A stretch of DNA of 64,000 nt, taken from an uncultured cyanobacterium. GTDB lineage: Bacteria; Cyanobacteriota; Cyanobacteriia; CAKZMO01. Below the pieces are notes generated by a model. The model was given only the letters and a program-made list of their open reading frames with translations. It ran no database searches and was not told the DNA's origin. The stretch is from positions 32,001 to 96,000 of the forward strand of contig CAVRCJ010000007.1 of NCBI GenBank assembly GCA_963719515.1, written 5' to 3'. A program made the translations under genes and the position numbers. Of the stretch, positions 29,951 through 41,161 are shown one piece after another (the stretch's first letter is position 1; every line of letters begins with the position of its first letter).

Positions 29951-31494
29951 TCGTCGTAGTCCGCTCCCGCCCCGTACCGCCAGGCCTCTATCCGCCGGTT
30001 TAGGCTGTATCGCTGCCGCAAGGGCAGGTCTCCCAGCAGCGGCCCAGCTGCCTCCCCCAGGGCGCTCAGCCCTGCGTAGGCCCCCAGGCTGCCGTAGTGC
30101 CCCAGCCACCGCAGCAGCGACAAGGGGCCGACCTGAGGGAGCACTCTCAGCGGCATATTGGGGTGGCGCAGTGAGGTTTGAATTAGGGTGCGCGTCAGCG
30201 CCGGGAACTGCACCACGTCCTGCAAAAAGGGCTTAAGCACCGGGTCCCCCAGCCGCTCCATCTCTACAAACACGTCCGACAGCAGCTGGTTGATTTGATT
30301 GGGCGATGCCATCTCACCCACCCCAACGCTCATAGTTTGCTGAAATAGCCAGGTGACCGACAGGCTAGGCTGATAGGGCTGCAGCAGAGCGATCGCTTTT
30401 TGCCCCAGGGCATCGGCCTCCAGCGCTTCTGAGACGCCAGTGGTCAGCCGCGCTAGGTGACGCAGCATTGCCCCGAAGCCGCCAAAGCTCAAAGGAGACT
30501 GATTGCCGCTGCTATCGCCAATAGCCAGTAGGCGATCGACGGGAAACCGCAGCGGGCTATCGCGATAGCAGGGAAAGAGGCCAAACAGGGCGCGCTTGAC
30601 GTCGAGCTGGTCTAAGCTGACGTTTTGATACTGGGGCAGCAGCGTAAAGTAGTCCTCAAACAGATCTTCGAGGTCGGGGCGCTGGGGGTGGGCGTCGAGA
30701 TAGGTAAAAAGGTAGGTGGTGCGCCCGTCGCGGGCGGGGAAGGCTTCCCAAAAGTACTGGCACTGGTTGCGGATGGGGGTAAAGGAAGCCAGCAGGTCCC
30801 CGGTATCGTTTTGGGGATAGCCCGTAGCGCAGGTGCCCACCACCAAGCAGACGGCGTCGGGCTTGCCTCCCCCTCGGGCCTGCAGCGCCAGCGGTGAAGC
30901 GTGGCCCATAGCATCTATGAGCAGGCGGGTCGTCAGAGCGTTCTCTGGCGTTTCCACCCGTACGCCATCCGGATGTACCGTGGCGGATTTGAAGGGCGCT
31001 TGTTCAAAGAGCTCCCCACCTGCCGCTAAAAACTTAGCCTTCAACCGCTCTAGCAGGTACACCGGATCCACACCGATGTTGAGCACATCTTTGACCCAGA
31101 GCTCCGTTCCCTCATGAAAGGCAACGCGGGCCGGGTTGTACTCGGTGGCGATCGCTTCTTTAATTTCCTCGGCGCTCAGCAGCCCTAAGCGCTGAAACAC
31201 CTGGAGCTCTGAGCGGGAAGTATTCCACTCTTGGGCGCGGCCCCGCAGCTGGCCTCGCTCTAGCACCGCCACCCGCCAGCCCTGCGCCGCGAGGGCTGCC
31301 CCCAAGAAAATGCCCAGGGTCCCCCCGGAGATAACCACATCCCAATCCGCTGGGCCCAGCTCGCTGTCATCAGTGCTGTAGGCCTGAGGCACCGAAATTT
31401 GACCCTTTCGCAGCGATCGCCAGCGCTCGTCAGCCTGACGCAGAGCCTGGAGCTGACCCGGCAGGGCCTCCAAAATTTGCTCGGTAATCATCAA
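29947..31494 (-). CDS. cruP: CruA/CruP-family FAD-dependent protein (lycopene cyclase paralog)
   Basis: DVVISGGTLG, RGRAQEWNTSRSEL, GDSSGNQSPLSFGGFG; 515-aa size fits CruP rather than CruA. Confidence 0.78.
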   Translation of the reverse strand: MMITEQILEALPGQLQALRQADERWRSLRKGQISVPQAYSTDDSELGPADWDVVISGGTLGIFLGAALAAQGWRVAVLERGQLRGRAQEWNTSRSELQVFQRLGLLSAEEIKEAIATEYNPARVAFHEGTELWVKDVLNIGVDPVYLLERLKAKFLAAGGELFEQAPFKSATVHPDGVRVETPENALTTRLLIDAMGHASPLALQARGGGKPDAVCLVVGTCATGYPQNDTGDLLASFTPIRNQCQYFWEAFPARDGRTTYLFTYLDAHPQRPDLEDLFEDYFTLLPQYQNVSLDQLDVKRALFGLFPCYRDSPLRFPVDRLLAIGDSSGNQSPLSFGGFGAMLRHLARLTTGVSEALEADALGQKAIALLQPYQPSLSVTWLFQQTMSVGVGEMASPNQINQLLSDVFVEMERLGDPVLKPFLQDVVQFPALTRTLIQTSLRHPNMPLRVLPQVGPLSLLRWLGHYGSLGAYAGLSALGEAAGPLLGDLPLRQRYSLNRRIEAWRYGAGADYDD

Positions 31495-31524
31495 TCGCGA
31501 CCTGGCTGATCGCGGTCTAGTCCA

Positions 31525-32277
31525 TTACTCTCCACCGCCGCGCTCCAGATTTTCTAGCCCAGAGACCACCCGCGCCGTCTCAATGCGATCGCCCTGTTGA
31601 ATGTCGTCGACAATGGCCATATCTTCCTCCTCAACGGAGCCAAACACCGCATACTCGCCGTCTAAAAAGCTGAGGTCTGACAAAGCAACGTAGAACTGGG
31701 ACGAGGCAGAATCTGGGAACTGAGAGCGAGCCATAGCGACTGCCCCGCGAACGTGGCGAAGCCGAGGCGGGTCAGTGATACCGGCGGCGGAAAAGGGCTG
31801 GCTGTAGGTCGGCTCGTCGGCCCCTTGAGGCACAATTTCTAGAGGGATATAGCGGGGAGCTCCCGTATCCGGATCGTTAAAGCTGCCGGTGCCCAGGCGC
31901 TCCTGGGGGAAGTCGGGGTCTTTACTTTGAGGATCGCCCGCCTGAACGACGAAGGGTTCGGGCTCCCGGACGACGCGATGAAACGAAACGCCGTCGTATA
32001 CGCCCCGCTCGACCAAATCCACGAAGTTACCGCCGGTTACCGGCGCGTACTCACCGTTGACTTCAACGGTAACCGGCGCGCCGTTAATGACCAGCTCGAC
32101 CACTGCGGTGCCGTTGAGTCTGGGCAAGGACGACATGCTGGGCATATCGCTCACGACGTCGCCGTCGCTAGACGGGGAGCAGCCGCTAAGAGTTAGGGCG
32201 GCGATCGCCACTAGCACAAAGAGCCGGTGAAGCGTACGGCGGGACGCGGAATTCCCTAGCAGATTGAATCCATTCAT
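31525..32277 (-). CDS. Cyclophilin-type peptidyl-prolyl isomerase (putative lipoprotein)
   Basis: APVTGGNFVDLV, FHRVV, GAVAMARS...SASSQFY, YAVFG. Confidence 0.92.
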   Translation of the reverse strand: MNGFNLLGNSASRRTLHRLFVLVAIAALTLSGCSPSSDGDVVSDMPSMSSLPRLNGTAVVELVINGAPVTVEVNGEYAPVTGGNFVDLVERGVYDGVSFHRVVREPEPFVVQAGDPQSKDPDFPQERLGTGSFNDPDTGAPRYIPLEIVPQGADEPTYSQPFSAAGITDPPRLRHVRGAVAMARSQFPDSASSQFYVALSDLSFLDGEYAVFGSVEEEDMAIVDDIQQGDRIETARVVSGLENLERGGGE

Positions 32278-32453
32278 GCTAAATCAATGTTCTAAACTAA
32301 ATTTTGAATTAACCGTATCAAAAGCGAAGACCTGCAAAGGCTAAAACGTTGCCCAGCCAATGCTTCGATGACGGCAGCCTGATGCCCCCCTTGGCGGAAG
32401 CTATCGCCGTGAGCCGGTCGCGCCTCGGCCTATCCCTCACCCTTAGCCCCAAG

Positions 32454-33044
32454 CTATAGGCCTTCCAGCGGCACCGAGAGGAAGCGGGCCAGCTCAGCGC
32501 CCTGGTCTTCCAGCTCAGAGAGGCCCAGGGGCTGGCCGACTCGGGTCAAGGGAATGTCTCGCTTCCCCCTCACTTTTAGGTAGAGCGCTCGCTTAGGATT
32601 GATGCCTTCTCTGAGGTCTACAAAGATAGACTGGATATCGTCGAGGGGATGAGTGACCTCAATTTGGCGATTTTTACCTGGAAATCCCCAGCGAAAGATG
32701 CACACCTTGCCCGTGTCCTTATTGAACTCGTTGTATCCACCGCCGACGTTCCAAACGATAACGAGCCATAGATACGTTGCGAGCAGCAGCGCGGCAACCC
32801 CGTAGAACCCCATAGCGATGCCCTGGGGGATGAAAACGAGCCGGGTTGGGTTTGAAATGGGGAGTAGATTGACGCCCAAGTAGCTGGAAAGGCCCGACAG
32901 GAAAAAACCTACACCACCAATTGAAATGATTGTGGCCCACCAGTAATTGCTCAAGCGGCGAGAGCCCAGAATGGTTCGGCGCAGCACGGTCTGGCTTTGA
33001 GGGTTTTGATTTTGAGAATCTACAGATGCAGTCGATGTCGACAT
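32454..33044 (-). CDS. ycf4: Photosystem I assembly protein Ycf4
   Basis: [44 protein letters not shown]. Confidence 0.96.
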   Translation of the reverse strand: MSTSTASVDSQNQNPQSQTVLRRTILGSRRLSNYWWATIISIGGVGFFLSGLSSYLGVNLLPISNPTRLVFIPQGIAMGFYGVAALLLATYLWLVIVWNVGGGYNEFNKDTGKVCIFRWGFPGKNRQIEVTHPLDDIQSIFVDLREGINPKRALYLKVRGKRDIPLTRVGQPLGLSELEDQGAELARFLSVPLEGL

Positions 33045-33513
33045 GGGCCTAGTATCCACGAAATCAATGGACAGATAATGGATTCAGCAGGCAGTGCGGG
33101 AATGCCCTGTCAGAGTCTTCTGGCAAATCACCACGCCGTGCCGTACCCATCATAGCGAGTCGCTCCCCCCTCTGATGACCCAACCCTCTTCCTTTCACAG
33201 AGCAGACTCAAGGGCTCAGCCGGATCGAGCGCTACCGCACTGATTTCCCGCACCGAATACCTATGAGAGCCAACGTATCAGATTGTAAAATTTTGAGTAT
33301 ATCTCTATCATGTAAAGGACTTGTATGATTTCTGGCGACGCGGCTACACCGAAAGGTGGAGCTAAACCTGAGAAGGGACCGGCGGAGTGGCATCCCCTGA
33401 TTTCCGCGTCGAGGTATGCTTATATTCAACCTCTCATTTGCAGAGCACGTTCTATATAAGCAGCCTTGCCTTAGGGTCGCCTTGAACTAAATACTGATTA
33501 ATGAGGATTTGAT

Positions 33514-34572
33514 ATGACCGTAGCAATGGGACGGGCGCAAGCCAGTCGAGGATGGTTTGACGTCCTTGATGACTGGCTAAAGCGCGACCGATTCGTCTTT
33601 ATTGGCTGGTCTGGTCTATTGCTGTTCCCCTGCGCCTACATGGCGGTGGGGGGCTGGCTGACTGGGACCACCTTCGTCACCTCGTGGTACACCCACGGAC
33701 TGGCATCGTCTTACTTAGAGGGCTGCAACTTTCTGACGGTTGCGGTCTCGACTCCTGCAGACAGCATGGGACACTCCATCTTGTTTTTGTGGGGACCGGA
33801 AGCGAACTGGAACCTGGTTCGCTGGTTTCAGGTTGGCGGGCTGTGGAGCTTTGTTGCACTGCACGGCGCGTTTGGTCTGATTGGCTTTATGCTGCGGCAG
33901 TTTGAGATTGCGCGGCTGGTGGGGATTCGTCCTTACAACGCGATCGCCTTTTCTGGGCCGATTGCGGTGTTTGTGTCGGTATTCTTCATGTATCCGCTAG
34001 GTCAGTCGTCCTGGTTCTTTGCGCCGAGCTTCGGGGTAGCGGCAATCTTCCGCTTCCTGCTGTTTTTGCAGGGTTTCCACAACTGGACGCTGAACCCGTT
34101 CCACATGATGGGCGTGGCGGGCATTCTGGGCGGCGCTTTGCTGTGCGCGATTCACGGTGCGACGGTAGAGAACACGCTGTTCCAGGACGGCGAGCAGTCG
34201 AGCACGTTCCGTGCGTTCAACCCGACGCAGGCAGAAGAGACGTATTCGATGGTGACGGCGAACCGATTCTGGTCACAGATTTTCGGAATTGCGTTTTCGA
34301 ACAAGCGGTGGCTGCACTTCTTCATGCTGTTTGTGCCGGTAACGGGACTGTGGATGTCGAGCATCGGGATTGTGGGTCTAGCGCTGAACCTGCGGGCGTA
34401 TGACTTCACGTCACAGGAGATTCGGGCAGCCGAGGACCCTGAGTTTGAGACGTTCTACACGAAGAACATTTTGTTGAACGAAGGTATTCGCTCCTGGATG
34501 GCAGTTCAGGACCAGCCTCACGAGCAGTTTGTATTCCCTGAGGAGGTACTACCCCGTGGTAACGCTCTCTAA
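33514..34572 (+). CDS. psbD: Photosystem II D2 protein
   Basis: [16 protein letters not shown]...[10 protein letters not shown]. Confidence 0.99.
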   Translation: MTVAMGRAQASRGWFDVLDDWLKRDRFVFIGWSGLLLFPCAYMAVGGWLTGTTFVTSWYTHGLASSYLEGCNFLTVAVSTPADSMGHSILFLWGPEANWNLVRWFQVGGLWSFVALHGAFGLIGFMLRQFEIARLVGIRPYNAIAFSGPIAVFVSVFFMYPLGQSSWFFAPSFGVAAIFRFLLFLQGFHNWTLNPFHMMGVAGILGGALLCAIHGATVENTLFQDGEQSSTFRAFNPTQAEETYSMVTANRFWSQIFGIAFSNKRWLHFFMLFVPVTGLWMSSIGIVGLALNLRAYDFTSQEIRAAEDPEFETFYTKNILLNEGIRSWMAVQDQPHEQFVFPEEVLPRGNAL

Positions 34573-35938
34573 TAACGATTTCATTGGCGGTCGCGATCTA
34601 GAATCCACCGGCTTTGCCTGGTGGTCTGGAAACGCTCGATTGATTAATTTGTCCGGTAAGCTGCTGGGCGCTCACGTCGCTCACGCAGGTCTGATCGTCT
34701 TCTGGGCGGGTGCAATGACCTTGTTTGAGGTCGCTCACTTCGTTCCTGAAAAGCCCATGTATGAGCAGGGTCTGATCCTGCTGCCTCACCTGGCGACGCA
34801 AGGCTGGGGCGTTGGCGCCGGCGGTGAAGTCATCAACACCTTCCCCTACTTCGTAGTGGGTGTGCTTCACCTGATTTCCTCCGCCGTTCTCGGCCTTGGT
34901 GGTATCTACCACGCCGTTCGCGGCCCCGAGACGCTAGAGGAATACTCTTCGTTCTTCGGCTACGACTGGAAAGACAAGAACAAGATGACTACCATCATCG
35001 GCATTCACCTGCTGCTTCTGGGCGGTGGTGCCTTCCTGCTGGTGCTCAAGGCAATGTTCTTTGGCGGTGTCTATGACACCTGGGCTCCCGGCGGCGGTGA
35101 CGTCCGCGTGATTACCAACCCCACCCTTAATCCGGCCATTATCTTTGGCTACTTAACTAAGGCTCCCTTCGGTGGAGAGGGTTGGCTGATTGGTGTCGAC
35201 AACATGGAAGACATCATCGGTGGCCACATTTGGGTCGGTCTGCTCTGCATTACCGGCGGCATTTGGCACATTCTCACCAAGCCGTTTGCTTGGGCGCGTC
35301 GTGCCTTTGTCTGGTCTGGTGAGGCATACCTCTCTTACAGCCTAGGTGCGCTTTCTCTGATGGGCTTCCTCGCTGCGATGTACGTGTGGTTTAACAACAC
35401 GGCATACCCCAGTGAGTTCTATGGTCCTACGAGTTCCGAGGCGTCTCAGGCTCAGGCATTCACCTTCATGGTGCGTGACCAGCGTCTGGGTGCGAACGTC
35501 GGTTCTGCTCAAGGCCCGACCGGCCTAGGTAAGTACCTGATGCGCTCTCCCACGGGTGAGATCATCTTCGGTGGTGAGACCATGCGTTTTTGGGACTTCC
35601 GCGGTCCTTGGCTGGAGCCCCTACGGGGACCCAACGGCCTTGACCTCGATAAGATCCGTAACGACATTCAGCCCTGGCAGATTCGCCGCGCGGCTGAGTA
35701 TATGACCCACGCTCCGCTGGCGTCCATCAACTCTGTGGGTGGCGTCATCACCGAGCCGAACTCCTTCAACTATGTGAACCTGCGTCAGTGGTTGGCTGGA
35801 GCTCACTTTATTCTCGGCTTCTTCTTCTTGATTGGTCACCTCTGGCATGCGGGCCGCGCTCGCGCCGCTGTGGCTGGCTTTGAGAGGGGCATTGTGCGTG
35901 AGACTGAGCCGGTTCTCTCGATGCCGGATCTCGACTAG
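34556..35938 (+). CDS. psbC: Photosystem II CP43 protein
   Basis: GTG start overlapping the psbD end; [31 protein letters not shown]. Confidence 0.99.
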   Translation: MVTLSNNDFIGGRDLESTGFAWWSGNARLINLSGKLLGAHVAHAGLIVFWAGAMTLFEVAHFVPEKPMYEQGLILLPHLATQGWGVGAGGEVINTFPYFVVGVLHLISSAVLGLGGIYHAVRGPETLEEYSSFFGYDWKDKNKMTTIIGIHLLLLGGGAFLLVLKAMFFGGVYDTWAPGGGDVRVITNPTLNPAIIFGYLTKAPFGGEGWLIGVDNMEDIIGGHIWVGLLCITGGIWHILTKPFAWARRAFVWSGEAYLSYSLGALSLMGFLAAMYVWFNNTAYPSEFYGPTSSEASQAQAFTFMVRDQRLGANVGSAQGPTGLGKYLMRSPTGEIIFGGETMRFWDFRGPWLEPLRGPNGLDLDKIRNDIQPWQIRRAAEYMTHAPLASINSVGGVITEPNSFNYVNLRQWLAGAHFILGFFFLIGHLWHAGRARAAVAGFERGIVRETEPVLSMPDLD

Positions 35939-35952
35939 AGTTTGCTTGATCG

Positions 35953-35974
35953 GTAGGGTGGGCGCTGCCTACCC
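35953..35974. repeat. GTAG-type REP-like palindrome
   Basis: GTAGGGTGGGCGCTGCCTACCC; near-identical copy at 55084. Confidence 0.65.
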
Positions 35975-35982
35975 TTACTTCT

Positions 35983-36014
35983 ATCCCCTGCCCTGTTGTG
36001 GTGGGGGATTTTTT
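35983..36014 (+). terminator. Terminator after psbDC
   Basis: ATCCCCTGCC...GGTGGGGGAT followed by a T-tract. Confidence 0.7.
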
Positions 36015-37320
36015 GCTTTAACACGCCTGGCGTAGCCTTTGACTTTGATATAAGCTGCTGTGAAAGCAGGGGGCCGCATGACTGAAGCGTTTATTTCGTA
36101 CTCGCGTAGAGACAAAGCCTTTGTTAATCGGCTCTACGAAGCGCTAAGCCAAGACAATCGCGACGTTTGGATCGATTGGGAAAGCATTCCCTTTACGGCG
36201 GACTGGCGTAAAGAAATATACGAAGGAATTGAGGCGGCCAACAACTTTGTTTTTATTATCAGCCCTAGCTCGGCAGCGTCTAAAGTTTGTAGTGAGGAAG
36301 TTGAGCATGCTATTCGATGTAACAAGCGGCTAGTGCCAGTTGTGCATCAGTTTTCCGGTGACGTTCACCCAGAGCTGACAAAAATCAACTACATTTTTTT
36401 CGATGCGGAGCACAGCTTTAAGGCGAGCTTTCGGGCCTTGCTTGATGCCATCGATACTGACCTTGCCCATGTCAAAGCGCATACTTATCTGCTGACCAAC
36501 GCCCTGAAGTGGGATAAGAAGCAGAGCGACAGCTGCTTGCTGCGGGGTAGCGAGCTGGAGGCTGCAGAGGAGTGGTTAACCTGTGGCGCAGACAAACAGC
36601 CTTACCCAACGCCGCTGCAGCGGCAGTATATCAACGCTAGCCGTAGAGCGGAAAAGGTCAGCCAGCGAAATCGGCTGGCGGCGGTGACTGCTGGCTTTGT
36701 CGTGGCCTCTGGACTGGCGGTATTTGCGGCGCTGCAGTGGCGAGAGGCTCAGCTAGGCCAAGTTCTTGCCCTGACCCAAACCTCAGAGGCCCGTTTTGCC
36801 CTCAACCGGGATTCGCTGGATGCATTGGTTCCTGCTTTGGAGGCGGGGATACGATTGCAGCGATCGCCCTTTCTTTTTCCAAGTGCTGCCATTGAGCAGG
36901 ATGTAGTGCGATCGCTGCGGCAGGCGCTGGACTGGGTTAGGGAGCGCGATCGCTTGGAAGGACACAGCAACTACGTGCAGCATGTGAGCTTTAGCCCCGA
37001 TGGACAAATGATTGCGACCGCAGGCCATGATAATACGGTCAAACTGTGGACCCGCGATGGGGAGCTACTGTGGACCCGTGATGAGCATACAGGGACGGTA
37101 ATGGGGGTAAGCTTTAGCTCTGATAGCAATACCCTTGCGACGGCTAGCCTTGACGGTGTCGTCAAGCTTTGGAGCCAAGATGGAGAGGAGCTCCAGACTC
37201 TTACTGGTCACGAGGGTGGCGTATACAGCGTTAGCTTCAGCCCTGATAGCCTGTAATGGACCCGGAAAACTGGACAGGGGGCTAAGCTCTGAACCACTCA
37301 ACAAATGATAGGAGTAGTTC

Positions 37321-37641
37321 ATGGGCAACAAACGAAAACAATACAGCGCGCAGTTCAAGGCCAAAGTGGCACTCGATGCCAATCGGGCTGAGAAGACGAT
37401 CGCCGAGCTAGCGAGTCAGCATCAGCTGCATCCGACGGTGATCAACGGCTGGAAGCGACGCCTATTGGAAGGAGCAAGCAGTCTGTTCGAGAAGGGCAGC
37501 GCGGCATCGAAAGCTGATGCCACGGCCCAGGCGCAGATTGACGAGCTGTACCGGCAGATAGGGCAGCTGAAGGTAGAGCGAGATTTTTTAGCGAGCAAGT
37601 CCAAAGAGCTGGGCCTGCGGAGCGAAAATCCATGGTCGTAG
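37321..37641 (+). CDS. IS3 transposase OrfA (HTH)
   Basis: RKQYSAQFKAKVAL...LYRQIGQLKVERDFL; slippery T TTT TTA at 37584-37590. Confidence 0.92.
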   Translation: MGNKRKQYSAQFKAKVALDANRAEKTIAELASQHQLHPTVINGWKRRLLEGASSLFEKGSAASKADATAQAQIDELYRQIGQLKVERDFLASKSKELGLRSENPWS

Positions 37642-38441
37642 CAGAGCACCCACAGCTAAGTATCGCCCGGCAGTGCGAACTGCTCAGGGTTGCTCGCTCT
37701 AGCTACTACTATCAGCCACAAGCGCCGCAAGAAGAGGAGTTGACGCTGCTGCTGCTCTTGGATAAGCAGTACATGGAGACGCCATTCTACGGGGCAAGGC
37801 GGATGGCGGTCGTGCTGCGGCAGAAGGGCTACCCAGTGGGCCGCAAGCGGGTGCAGCGGTTGATGCGGCAGCTAGGCATCGAGGCCATCTACCCCAAGCC
37901 CAGACTCAGCAGGGCGAACCCGGAGCACCGGGTGTATCCCTACCTGTTGCGGGGACTGGAAGTTGCCAAAGCAAATCAGGTTTGGTGCACTGACATCACC
38001 TACCTGCCGGTGCTCAAGGGGCATTTCTACCTGGTCGCTGTGATGGACTGGTATAGCCGCAAAGTGCTCAGCTGGCGCATCTCCAACACCCTTGAGGTGG
38101 GCTTTTGTCTAGAGGCGCTTGAGGAAGCCATTGCCCGCTACGCTACCCCTGACATCTTTAATTCGGACCAGGGGAGTCAGTTTACTTCAAACCAATTCAC
38201 TGAGCGCCTTACAGCAGCAGGGATTGCCATCAGCATGGATGGACGGGGTCGCTGCCACGACAACATCTTCATTGAGCGGCTGTGGCGTTCTATCAAGTAC
38301 GAGCTGATCTACTTGAAGGCGTTTGAGGATGGACATCACTTAAATCAGGAGGTCACAAGATGGTTTGACTGGTACAATCGGGAGCGACCGCATCAAGCGT
38401 TAGGCTACCTCACTCCAGAGGAGGTCTACTGGGAAGAGTGA
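37632..38441 (+). CDS. IS3 transposase OrfB (DDE/rve), -1 frame relative to OrfA
   Basis: WCTDITY, NSDQGSQF, DNIFIERLWRSIKYE. Confidence 0.95.
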   Translation: MVVAEHPQLSIARQCELLRVARSSYYYQPQAPQEEELTLLLLLDKQYMETPFYGARRMAVVLRQKGYPVGRKRVQRLMRQLGIEAIYPKPRLSRANPEHRVYPYLLRGLEVAKANQVWCTDITYLPVLKGHFYLVAVMDWYSRKVLSWRISNTLEVGFCLEALEEAIARYATPDIFNSDQGSQFTSNQFTERLTAAGIAISMDGRGRCHDNIFIERLWRSIKYELIYLKAFEDGHHLNQEVTRWFDWYNRERPHQALGYLTPEEVYWEE

Positions 38442-40139
38442 AGCTTCTCTAGAATGCTTGAAGAGGATATAGCGATCTCATCTTTTCAGAGCTTAGAGAT
38501 CCCTCGAAGTTGTCCAAAGGACTGGGTCCACTTCAGCCAAACGCTTGCTACCGCTGGTGAAGATGGCACAGCTAGGCTGTGGACTCGTGACGGAGCGCTC
38601 CTACAAATTCTGAAAGGACACAGCCGACCCCTGCGTCGCATAGCCTTTAGCCCTGATGGTCAGACGCTTGCGACCGCTAGTGAAGATGGTACAGCTAGGC
38701 TATGGACTCGCAATGGAGACCTGCTACAAACCCTTGATGGGCATCAAAGCACCGTTAATAGCGTCAGCTTTGGCCCTGATGGTCAAACGCTTGCTACTGC
38801 CAGCAACGACAATACTATAATCCTTTGGAGCGTTGCGGGGAAAAAGCTCCAAACTTTGAAAGAACATCGCGAGGAGGTTGTTGATGTGGGCTTTTCACCA
38901 GATGGTGAAACTATCGCAAGCTCTAGCGAAGACAACACGATCAAACTCTGGAACCAAAATGGTGAATTACTAAAAACCCTGCAGGGGCATAGCGGACGCA
39001 TCAGCAGTGTTAGCTTTGACCCTAGCGGACAGACGTTAGCTAGTGCAAGTAGCGACAAGACCGTTAGGCTATGGAGCGTTGAACCTGAACGGTTTACGGT
39101 TTTATTAGGGCATGATGATGTAGTCTACAGCGTGAGTTTTGCTCCCGATGGTGAGGCAGTTGCCACTGCAAGTTTCGATAAGACGGTAAGGCTTTGGAGT
39201 CCGCAGGGAGAACCTTTTCGCTCGCTTCCTCATACAGGCTGGATTAGCCGAGTTAGTTTTAGCGTCGATGGCGCTACCTTTGCTACGGTTGGGCAAGACC
39301 TAATGGTGAGGCTTTGGGACAGAGATGGTATGTTACAAAATACTTTTAAGGGTCACGACGATTGGGTTCATAGCGTGAGCTTTGGCCCAGATGATAACGC
39401 TATTGCCACGGCTAGTGAGGATGGCACCGCAAAGCTTTGGAACCGAAACGGTGAACTCCTGAATACGCTCGCAGGGCATGATGGCCCAGTTTACGGCGTT
39501 GACGTGAGCTCTGATGGCCAAATCATAGCGACTGCCAGTAAGGATGGCACCGCAAAGCTTTGGAACCGAAACGGTGAACTCTTGAACACGCTCATAGGTC
39601 ATGGCGGCCCGGTTTATGGCGTTGCCCTCAGCCCTGACAGCCAAATGATAGTGACTGTCAGCGAGGACAATACGGCACAGCTTTGGAGCCAAGATGGTGA
39701 GAGGCTGAAGCTGTTAAAGGGGCACAGCGCTGCAGTCTTGGCCGCGGCATTTAGTCCCGACAGTCGAATGATCGCGACTGTAAGTCGGGACAGAACTGCA
39801 AAACTTTGGAGTCAAGATGGGGAGTTGGTTACTAGTTTTGTTGGGCATAGCGATACCGTTAATCAAGCTAGCTTCAGTCCTGACGGTCAGGTTTTAGCAA
39901 CTGCCAGCGATGATAGGACGGTAATTCTATGGGAGCTTGACGAGAATAGCTTAGATAGCCTTGCAAATAAAGGATGTAACTGGTTGCGGAATTATCTAGA
40001 AAGTACCACGGAGGAAGGGTTGGAACGGCTATGTAGATATTAGTCTGAACCACTATCAAATATTGTTTAACATGATTGCTGTATTTTCCGTAATGTATGT
40101 TCGAACCCCTGTAGATCAGGGTAGTGTTAAAGGTGCATT

Positions 40140-40334
40140 ATGACTGACAAACCAGAAGCTAACTCTGTGCCAGACTCAACTAGTGCAGAAAAAGTGCCCC
40201 TCCCAGAAAAATCGCAGAATTCTGATATACCATTGGGTCCTGGCTGGCCTATTACAGAGGGGCACGGAGAAAAGCAGGAAGAGCAAGAACAGCCTCAACA
40301 GCCTCAAATTGGTACGCCCTCAAGCGATGAGTAG
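40140..40334 (+). CDS. Small acidic low-complexity hypothetical protein
   Basis: ATG ORF following the WD40 gene; no recognised motif. Confidence 0.35.
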   Translation: MTDKPEANSVPDSTSAEKVPLPEKSQNSDIPLGPGWPITEGHGEKQEEQEQPQQPQIGTPSSDE

Positions 40335-40480
40335 TCAACGTTCTAGACCTAATGATTTATCTACTTCGAGCCATTGGCCGCTAATTGGGATGTGAGGGAC
40401 TCGTTCTCCTGCTGCAATTCTCGGATTCGCTGCTCTAAGGCGGTGATGCGCGATGCAGGAGAACGCTCTGTAGCTGAATT

Positions 40481-40779
40481 AAAGAGCGCTGCCGACTGTT
40501 CAAGCTAGGCTGTAAATCCCAAACCTTCACCCACCAAGCCCTAGATGCCGCAGAACAGCACCCGGAGCTGATCTCCGCTTCTTCGACATCGAAGCCGCCC
40601 GCCGCGATATGGATCTGTTTGTCGCCCTCAACCTCGTTCTGCAGGCCGTCAGTGAACTCCAAACCCTCGTCAAAGATACCCAAACTTTAGCCGGTATCGA
40701 AGCCTACGCCGCCGCCCGCATGGCCTACTCAGCGGCAAAGACCATGGCCGCCAGCGCCCTGGCCCTTATTGTGCGGTAG
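40481..40779 (+). pseudogene. Frameshifted fragment of a conserved hypothetical protein
   Basis: KERCRLFKLGCKSQTFTHQALDAAEQHPELI / FDIEAARRDMDLF...DTQTLAGIEAYAAARMAY, read across a frameshift near 40580; no start codon. Confidence 0.5.
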
Positions 40780-40974
40780 CGCAACTCTCACGGCGCGAAC
40801 CGGGTCATCTCCACCCGAGCAGCAGTAAAGATTAGCCGTCCAGAGGCCGACCTATAGACCAATGCCCAATCCATCAGACCGTTAGTCTGTAGGTTGCATA
40901 TTATAGAAATAGGGCCAACAGTCTCCCCAAACAGACCCAAAGGCCCGCCGTGTTGTTTCATTAGAGGGCAGGTC

Positions 40975-41157
40975 ATGGAATCTTTCGATTCAGATACTGT
41001 ACAGTGGTCCGCTGAAGCGCAGCAGCGGCTCAAGCAAATTCCTTTTTTCGCGCGGCCTCAAGCGCGGCAGCAGGTAGAGCGCCGGGCCGCAGAGTGCGGC
41101 ATCGATCTCATCACGCCTGATGTATTAGAGCGGGTGCGGCGAGAGCTAGGGCAGTAG
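40975..41157 (+). CDS. PCP_red-domain small protein (ChlB C-terminal-like)
   Basis: WSAEAQQRLKQIPFFARPQARQQVE. Confidence 0.8.
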   Translation: MESFDSDTVQWSAEAQQRLKQIPFFARPQARQQVERRAAECGIDLITPDVLERVRRELGQ

Positions 41158-41161
41158 CGCG

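Larger units (their letters stand above)
37252..38535 (+). mobile_element. IS3-family insertion sequence, 1284 bp, apparently intact
   Basis: IRL TGTAATGGACCCGGAAAACTGGACA; IRR (reverse complement) TGAAGTGGACCCAGTCCTTTGGACA; 3-bp TSD GCC at 37249-37251 and 38536-38538. Confidence 0.95.
36078..40043 (+). pseudogene. TIR - TM - WD40 repeat protein interrupted by IS3
   Basis: AFISYSRRD...C.EEV TIR domain; many GH...VSFSPDG...WD40 repeats; removing the IS and one GCC restores FSPDS|QTLATAG. Confidence 0.92.

Noticed and set aside
38454..38538. N-terminus of the 529-aa WD40 ORF as an independent gene
   Set aside because: The first 28 or so codons come from the IS3 right end; the rest is the 3' half of the interrupted TIR-WD40 gene.
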